From: Syntrophales bacterium
Lineage (GTDB): Bacteria; Desulfobacterota; Syntrophia; Syntrophales; PHBD01
Direction of reading: 5' to 3'
Assembly (NCBI GenBank): GCA_963668175.1
Contig: OY764159.1
Span: 3,712,001 to 3,776,000 of the forward strand
Length of the DNA stretch: 64,000 bases
Shown here: piece after piece, positions 58,653 to 64,000 of the stretch
Layout: every line of letters starts with the position of its first letter
How positions within the stretch are numbered: position 1 is the first letter of the stretch
Made by a program: the position numbers and the translations under genes
Notes under the pieces: model-generated
The model's input: the letters and a program-made list of their open reading frames with translations, nothing else
The model's database searches: none
What the model was told of the DNA's origin: nothing

Positions 58653-59795
58653 ATGGATTTCGAATTGACGGAAGAATTGAAGATGTTGAAGGACATGGCG
58701 TACAAGTTTGCCGTGGCGGAATTGACGCCGATATCCAAAGAATGCGACGAGCATGAGAAGTACACACCCGAGGTCCGGAAGAAGGGGGCGGAAAACGGCC
58801 TCGTCGGGGCCTGGGTCCCGGAGGCATACGGAGGCGCCGGCGCCGGCATCCTGGGCAATGCGATCATCACGGAAGAACTGTCGAAGGTCGATATGGGAAT
58901 CGGTCTCAACGTCGTGGCGGCGACCTTCGGTTGCGAATCGATCATCCAGTACGGAACGGAAGAGCAGAAGAAGACCTATCTGCCGCCGGTCTGCGCCGGG
59001 GACTGGGTCAGTGCGGGGGCATTCACGGAGCCGAACGCCGGCACGGACGTATCGGGCTACAAGACCCGCGCGGTGAAGGATGGATCGGACTATGTGATCA
59101 ACGGCAACAAGATGTTCATCACGAACGGGACGGTCTGCGACTTCATGGTAACGCAGTGCATCACGAACCCGGAAGAGAAGAAGCACAACAGTTTCTCCCT
59201 GATCATCATTCCGGCCGACGCCAAGGGCGTGACGCGGAACAAGATTCACGGGAAGATGGGTATCCGGTCGAGCGATACGGCGGAGATCGCCCTGGAGGAC
59301 GTGCGTGTTCCCCAGACGAACCTGGTCGGGAAGGAAGGCCGCGGCTTCATCCAGTTGATGCACTTCTTTGATACGACGCGCGTCATGGTGTCGGCGCAGG
59401 GCTTGGGCCTGTCGGAGGCCTGCCTGGAGACGAGCATCAAGTACGTGAAGGAGAGGACGGCATTCGGGACACCGCTGGGCGGCTTCCAGATGACGCAGAA
59501 GAAGCTGACGGAGATGGCGATCATGATCGAGGCGCTTCGCGGCCTCGTTTACAAGTCGGCATGGCTGATAGACATTGGCCGTCCGGACTACCACCTGGCG
59601 GCGATGGCGAAGTTCTACAGCGGCCAGACGGCGGTATTCTGCGCAAACGCCGGCGTGGAGCTGCACGGGGGTTACGGCTACATCGACGAGTATTCGGTGC
59701 AGAAGTGGTACCGGGATGCAAAGATCCTGGAGCTTTACGAGGGCACGAAAGAGGCGGAAATCATGACCATCGGCAGAACCCTCCAGGCCAAATAG
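58653..59795 (+). CDS. Acyl-CoA dehydrogenase
   Basis: FTEPNAGTD, NGNKMFITNG, KMGIRSS, R.AFG.P, HGGYGY, YRDAKILELYEGT. Confidence 0.93.
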   Translation: MDFELTEELKMLKDMAYKFAVAELTPISKECDEHEKYTPEVRKKGAENGLVGAWVPEAYGGAGAGILGNAIITEELSKVDMGIGLNVVAATFGCESIIQYGTEEQKKTYLPPVCAGDWVSAGAFTEPNAGTDVSGYKTRAVKDGSDYVINGNKMFITNGTVCDFMVTQCITNPEEKKHNSFSLIIIPADAKGVTRNKIHGKMGIRSSDTAEIALEDVRVPQTNLVGKEGRGFIQLMHFFDTTRVMVSAQGLGLSEACLETSIKYVKERTAFGTPLGGFQMTQKKLTEMAIMIEALRGLVYKSAWLIDIGRPDYHLAAMAKFYSGQTAVFCANAGVELHGGYGYIDEYSVQKWYRDAKILELYEGTKEAEIMTIGRTLQAK

Positions 59796-59852
59796 ATCAT
59801 GTTTTCGGGAAGCTATTGATGGTGCGGTGATACTCCTGCGATACTTTTCCAA

Positions 59853-59879
59853 ACTTCCCCTGCTTGCGGCAGGGGAAGT
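59853..59879 (+). terminator. Intercistronic stem-loop (no U-tract)
   Basis: ACTTCCCCTGC/GCAGGGGAAGT 11-bp stem. Confidence 0.5.
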
Positions 59880-59960
59880 GCGGGAAAGGATTTTCAGCAC
59901 AGTCGGGCGATTCACCCGCAAAAAACATACGACAAGGACAATCTTAAAGGAGCCGGTAAT

Positions 59961-61211
59961 ATGGATGATGTAGTCATTGTTTCCGCCTGCCGTACGGCCA
60001 TCGGCGGATTTGGAGGCACGCTCAAGGACTTGAACTGTGCCTTACTGGGAAGTTACGTTATGAAGGAAGCCATAAAACGGGCAGGAATCAAACCGGACAT
60101 CATCGACGATGTCCGGTTCGGCAACTGTTTCGAGCCTGTCGACACCCTGAACGTCACCCGTGTCTCCGCTCTCATGGCGGACATCCCGGAAACCGTTACC
60201 GCCGTGACGGTCAACCGGGTCTGCATCTCGGGAATGGAAGCCGTTTTGTCCGGCATGGCCATGATCCAGGCCGGCATGGCGGACGTTATTCTCGCCGGGG
60301 GTATGGAGCATATGTCCGGCGTCGACTATTCCGTTCCTGCCGCCCGCTGGGGATGCCGTTTTCAGGACCAGAAGTTCGTGGACAACCTCGTTCACGGCCT
60401 TCATGCCGGATCGCATCTCCTGCCCGGCCCTGAAAAAGGACCGGTCAAGGACGGACCGATCATCGATATCTTTCGGGGAAAGCCTTACATCATGGGTATC
60501 ACGACCGAACTGATCGCCCACATGTACAACATCAGCAGGGAAGAGATGGATGAAGTTGCGCTCCGGAGCCACAACAATGTCGAGAGGGCAACGCTCCAGG
60601 GTGACTTCAAGGATGAGATCGTTCCCATCGAACTGCCCCAGAAAAAAGGCAAGCCCCCCAAGATTTTCGACAAGGACGAACACTTCCGGCCTAACCTGAC
60701 CATGGAAGAGCTGGCGAAACTGCCTTCGGCCTTTGTCCCCAAGATCGGGAAGGTAACGGCCGGCAATGCCTCGGGCATCAACGACGGCGCAAGCGCCATG
60801 GTGATCATGTCCGCCGGAAAGGCGAAAGAACTGGGCCTGAAGCCCCTGGCCCGGATCAAGGCCATCGGCAGGGGGGGATGCCATCCCTCCGTCATGGGCC
60901 TGAGTCCCACACCCGCCGTCAAGGACCTTCTCTCCCGCGGCAAGATGAAGCTGGACGATTTTGAACTCATTGAACTCAATGAAGCCTTTGCGGGACAGTA
61001 CATCGGCGTGGAGAAAGAACTGGGGATAAATCGAGAAATAACGAACGTCAACGGTTCGGGCGTCGGCCTGGGTCACCCGGTCGGCTCCACCGGATGCCGC
61101 ATCATGGTTTCGCTGCTTTACGCCATGAAGAAGAGAGGCAAGACGCTGGGGCTCGCCACCTTGTGCGGCGGCGGCGGCGTATCCATGGCATGCGCCCTGG
61201 AAATGATCTAG
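59961..61211 (+). CDS. Acetyl-CoA C-acetyltransferase (thiolase)
   Basis: NRVCISG, TAGNASGINDGA, NEAFA, GHPVG, LCGGGG. Confidence 0.95.
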   Translation: MDDVVIVSACRTAIGGFGGTLKDLNCALLGSYVMKEAIKRAGIKPDIIDDVRFGNCFEPVDTLNVTRVSALMADIPETVTAVTVNRVCISGMEAVLSGMAMIQAGMADVILAGGMEHMSGVDYSVPAARWGCRFQDQKFVDNLVHGLHAGSHLLPGPEKGPVKDGPIIDIFRGKPYIMGITTELIAHMYNISREEMDEVALRSHNNVERATLQGDFKDEIVPIELPQKKGKPPKIFDKDEHFRPNLTMEELAKLPSAFVPKIGKVTAGNASGINDGASAMVIMSAGKAKELGLKPLARIKAIGRGGCHPSVMGLSPTPAVKDLLSRGKMKLDDFELIELNEAFAGQYIGVEKELGINREITNVNGSGVGLGHPVGSTGCRIMVSLLYAMKKRGKTLGLATLCGGGGVSMACALEMI

Positions 61212-61252
61212 CAGTGAACCTCCTTTTGTTCCCTCCTTTCAAGGAGGTTTCC

Positions 61253-61284
61253 GGCAGCCCCTCTTAGCGGAAAGAGGGGCTGCC
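61253..61284. terminator. Stem-loop between convergent thiolase and regulator genes
   Basis: GGCAGCCCCTCTT/AAGAGGGGCTGCC 13-bp stem. Confidence 0.75.
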
Positions 61285-61286
61285 CT

Positions 61287-62717
61287 TTAGAGGATATCAT
61301 GCTTCCCGTTGGTCAGCCCGTATTTCCGCTTTTTACGCGTCAGGGTGGATATATCGATCTGCAGACGCTGTGCCGCATCCTCCAGGTTGGCCGACGAATC
61401 CAATGTTTGACGGATGAATTCCCTCTCAAAGGCCTCGACATTTTGCCTGAGGGGTCCTTCCAGACGCGGGGGGTGCCGGTGATGGACGTTAATAAAGTAG
61501 TTGACTTTGCTGAATTTTTTTATATCAGCCGGCAGATCGTGAAGCATGACCATGTCATCCGTACTTGTCACAACGATCCTTTCGATGGTATTGCGCACCT
61601 CCCGCACGTTTCCCGGCCAGTCATAATTCATCAGGGCGTTTAAGGCGTCAATCGAAAGAAACTTGTTCGTATTGTAATTCTGGTTGTAGATCTTTAGGAA
61701 ATGCTTGATCATGGGCAGGATATCCTCTTTCCTCTCTTTCAGAGGCGAAATGTGCATGGGAATCACATTGAGCCGGTAGTAGAGATCCTGTCTGAATTTC
61801 CGGTGCTTGACCATCTGTTCGAGATCCATATTCGTCGCGGCGATGATACGGACGTCGATCGGAATAGTTGCCAGGCTTCCCAGCCGCTTGATCATCCGGT
61901 CCTGAAGGACGTTGAGAAGCTTAGCCTGGAGTTCATAGGGGAACTCTCCGATCTCGTCGAGAAACAGCGTACCACCGTTGGCCAGCTCGAATGTTCCCTG
62001 TTTGCCGCCGGCTCTGGCATCAGTAAAGGCGCCGGTTTCGTAGCCGAATAATTCCGATTCGAGCAGATTCGCCGGCAGGGACGCGCAATCAACCTTGACG
62101 AAGGCGCCGACGCCCTGTCTCCGGCTCTGAAAATGGATGAACTGTGCGAGAACGTCTTTGCCGACGCCGGAAAGGCCCGTAATGAGCACCGTGGCATCGG
62201 AGCGGGCCACTTTTTTGGCCAGGGATAAAATCCGGCGGAATTCCGTGCTTTGCCCCACGAAAAATTTGTTGCTGCCGCCAAGCTGTTCCTCCAGGTAATC
62301 GATCCGCTGTTTGAATTTTTCGATCATCACCTGGGAATTCTTGAGCTGCCCGTTGATCCGGTTCAGTTCCGTGATATCCTTCAAGGTGCTGACGACTGCG
62401 GCCGGCCGGCCGTCGTCCCGCCAGAGCATGGCCGCGGTGACCAGAAGCTGCTTGCCGCTCGGATACTGAATAAGGCGGCTCCGGCTCTGGTGATCTTTCA
62501 GAACCTCCAGATTCACCGCTGTCGGCACCCAGTTGTTTTCAATCATATAGGTGGTGTGCCGGCCGATCATCTCTTCCCGGTTGATGCCGGAAATGTCTTC
62601 GAAGGCCTGATTGGCCATGATGTAATACCCTTCCGCATCCGCGATGAACATGCCGTCCTGCACGGACTCGATGAGAGCCCGGGCGATGCTGAGCGTTTTC
62701 GGAGAAAATCCGGCCAT
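61287..62717 (-). CDS. PAS-domain sigma54-dependent transcriptional activator
   Basis: PAS, GLSGVGKD, ESELFG, GAFTDA, LFLDEIGE, WPGNVRE, C-terminal HTH. Confidence 0.93.
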   Translation of the reverse strand: MAGFSPKTLSIARALIESVQDGMFIADAEGYYIMANQAFEDISGINREEMIGRHTTYMIENNWVPTAVNLEVLKDHQSRSRLIQYPSGKQLLVTAAMLWRDDGRPAAVVSTLKDITELNRINGQLKNSQVMIEKFKQRIDYLEEQLGGSNKFFVGQSTEFRRILSLAKKVARSDATVLITGLSGVGKDVLAQFIHFQSRRQGVGAFVKVDCASLPANLLESELFGYETGAFTDARAGGKQGTFELANGGTLFLDEIGEFPYELQAKLLNVLQDRMIKRLGSLATIPIDVRIIAATNMDLEQMVKHRKFRQDLYYRLNVIPMHISPLKERKEDILPMIKHFLKIYNQNYNTNKFLSIDALNALMNYDWPGNVREVRNTIERIVVTSTDDMVMLHDLPADIKKFSKVNYFINVHHRHPPRLEGPLRQNVEAFEREFIRQTLDSSANLEDAAQRLQIDISTLTRKKRKYGLTNGKHDIL

Positions 62718-62831
62718 AACTGAGACTCCTTGCGAAACGGTTTGTATGTTTTGGGAGAACGAGGCAGATGCGACTCTATAGCATAAAGCCTCTTCGATGT
62801 GAACAGGATCGACATATGGACTTCCGCTTCG

Positions 62832-63707
62832 TTAGAAACGGATGTAATGTTCGCCTCCGTAGAATCCCGTTTTCTTCAATCCGCAAAGCCATATCATGAG
62901 ATGATAGATCGCGTAGACCTCCAGACCGAAGGGCAGGTAGCCGAGATAACCGAGGGCCGGCATCTCGAAGATGTTATAGCCGTCGAAATAGGGAAGCGTA
63001 TAGTACCATTTGGGAAGGGCGTAAAAGTTCCACATCTCCCAGAAGAAACCGCACGTGAGAGCCCCGGCAGCCAGACAAATCATGGGCCGAAGGTCGCCGC
63101 GCTCAAGGCGTTTCAGGAGAGAGGGGGCTCCGATCAGGACATTGAGCGAATCGCAGAAGAGATAGAGACATATCCATAACATGAAGAAACATATTTTCGG
63201 AAAAGATACAACCAGGACCATCATGACCACTGCGGCCAGAATCAGTATCGCCAGCCTCCGGTTCGTAACGGCGATCCGCCGGCCGTTTCTCAGGCCCGCA
63301 AAAAGGGGCATGGCTCCCCACAATTCCGCAGTGGACAGGACCGCCGGAATGACGACGCTGAAATGGACGGACGCCCGGATGGCGTATTCCATATGCCCCA
63401 GAGGCCTGACTTGCAGGTAGTGCCAGTTCTGAAGGGACAGATTGAAGAATTCGAAGATCCACCACAGGGGAACGGACAGGATGAACAGACCGATGTAAGC
63501 CTTTCCGTTTCTTGAGAGAAGCGACGTACCGCTATACCGAACATTGAGCGCGTCGACAAGGATGCAGTATCCGACCCAAAGGAAGAGGAACCCGTTTTCC
63601 CACAGCCATTGCCAATCTTCCGGCCTTACCCAGGCCAGGGGCCAGCCGAAAGCGATAAGGACAACGCCGATATAACCGTATCCAGGGCAACGAGACCGTA
63701 TACCCAT
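62832..63707 (-). CDS. Conserved-looking hypothetical membrane protein
   Basis: Multiple TM segments; WWIFE..N....NWHY, GFFWEMWNF...KW.Y, FEMP.LGYLGY.PF. Confidence 0.75.
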   Translation of the reverse strand: MGIRSRCPGYGYIGVVLIAFGWPLAWVRPEDWQWLWENGFLFLWVGYCILVDALNVRYSGTSLLSRNGKAYIGLFILSVPLWWIFEFFNLSLQNWHYLQVRPLGHMEYAIRASVHFSVVIPAVLSTAELWGAMPLFAGLRNGRRIAVTNRRLAILILAAVVMMVLVVSFPKICFFMLWICLYLFCDSLNVLIGAPSLLKRLERGDLRPMICLAAGALTCGFFWEMWNFYALPKWYYTLPYFDGYNIFEMPALGYLGYLPFGLEVYAIYHLMIWLCGLKKTGFYGGEHYIRF

Positions 63708-63802
63708 GGCAAGACCTCCTCCGGCACCGGCTCTCTCCGTGTCGACAGCCCTCCTAGGTCAATAGCTTATCCGATCCCTTCACACGGACGCGGCCCTGAC
63801 TT

Positions 63803-63952
63803 TCACTTTCTCTTCTTGAGTTCGTCGATCCGCTCCCTGATGGAATCGGCCAGATCCTTAAGCTCGTCCTCGCTCAACTGGTGCAGGAAGAGCATCTCCA
63901 GGTCTGTTTTTAACAATTCTTTAATGATTTCAATCAATTTTCTTTTTGGCAT
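63803..63952 (-). CDS. 49-aa helical hypothetical protein (below the ORF-track cutoff)
   Basis: MPKRKLIEIIKELLKTDLEMLFLHQLSEDELKDLADSIRERIDELKKRK; SD AGAGGA. Confidence 0.7.
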   Translation of the reverse strand: MPKRKLIEIIKELLKTDLEMLFLHQLSEDELKDLADSIRERIDELKKRK

Positions 63953-64000
63953 GTATAGTTATCCTCTGGTCGGGAAACGGCAACATTATCAATCTCCGGC

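Noticed and set aside
1..64000. Mobile elements, prophage, tRNA/rRNA, defence systems
   Set aside because: No integrase, transposase, phage, restriction or toxin-antitoxin motifs and no tRNA/rRNA signatures recognised by eye

Overview
A gene-dense, moderately GC-rich bacterial chromosome segment. Gene content (sigma54-controlled CoA-transferase/hbd/acyl-CoA dehydrogenase/thiolase operon, fhs, multiheme cytochrome, Tat flavoproteins, PAS hybrid kinases) suggests an anaerobic Desulfobacterota, probably Syntrophales-like (inference). No rRNA, tRNA, CRISPR array, transposase or phage gene was recognised. Main blocks: larC-larE-larB (nickel-pincer cofactor) converging on a 34-His mini-protein; amtB-glnK-standalone HTH-outer-membrane barrel; gcvR-like ACT + fhs behind a long structured leader; exported msrB/msrA; a solo Mo/W-bisPGD enzyme; cpxRA-like pair; orphan very acidic flgD + TPR protein; Tat flavoprotein + 7-heme cytochrome c; iorAB-like pair; two tandemly duplicated secreted Lys-rich repeat proteins; lactate permease with a leader terminator; and a short-chain acyl-CoA operon with its enhancer. 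Best candidates for undescribed biology: the His-rich protein beside a His-poor LarC, the orphan FlgD/TPR pair, the standalone NifA-like HTH in the amt operon, two structured leaders, and the duplicated repeat proteins. All calls come from reading motifs by eye; no searches or folding programs were run.
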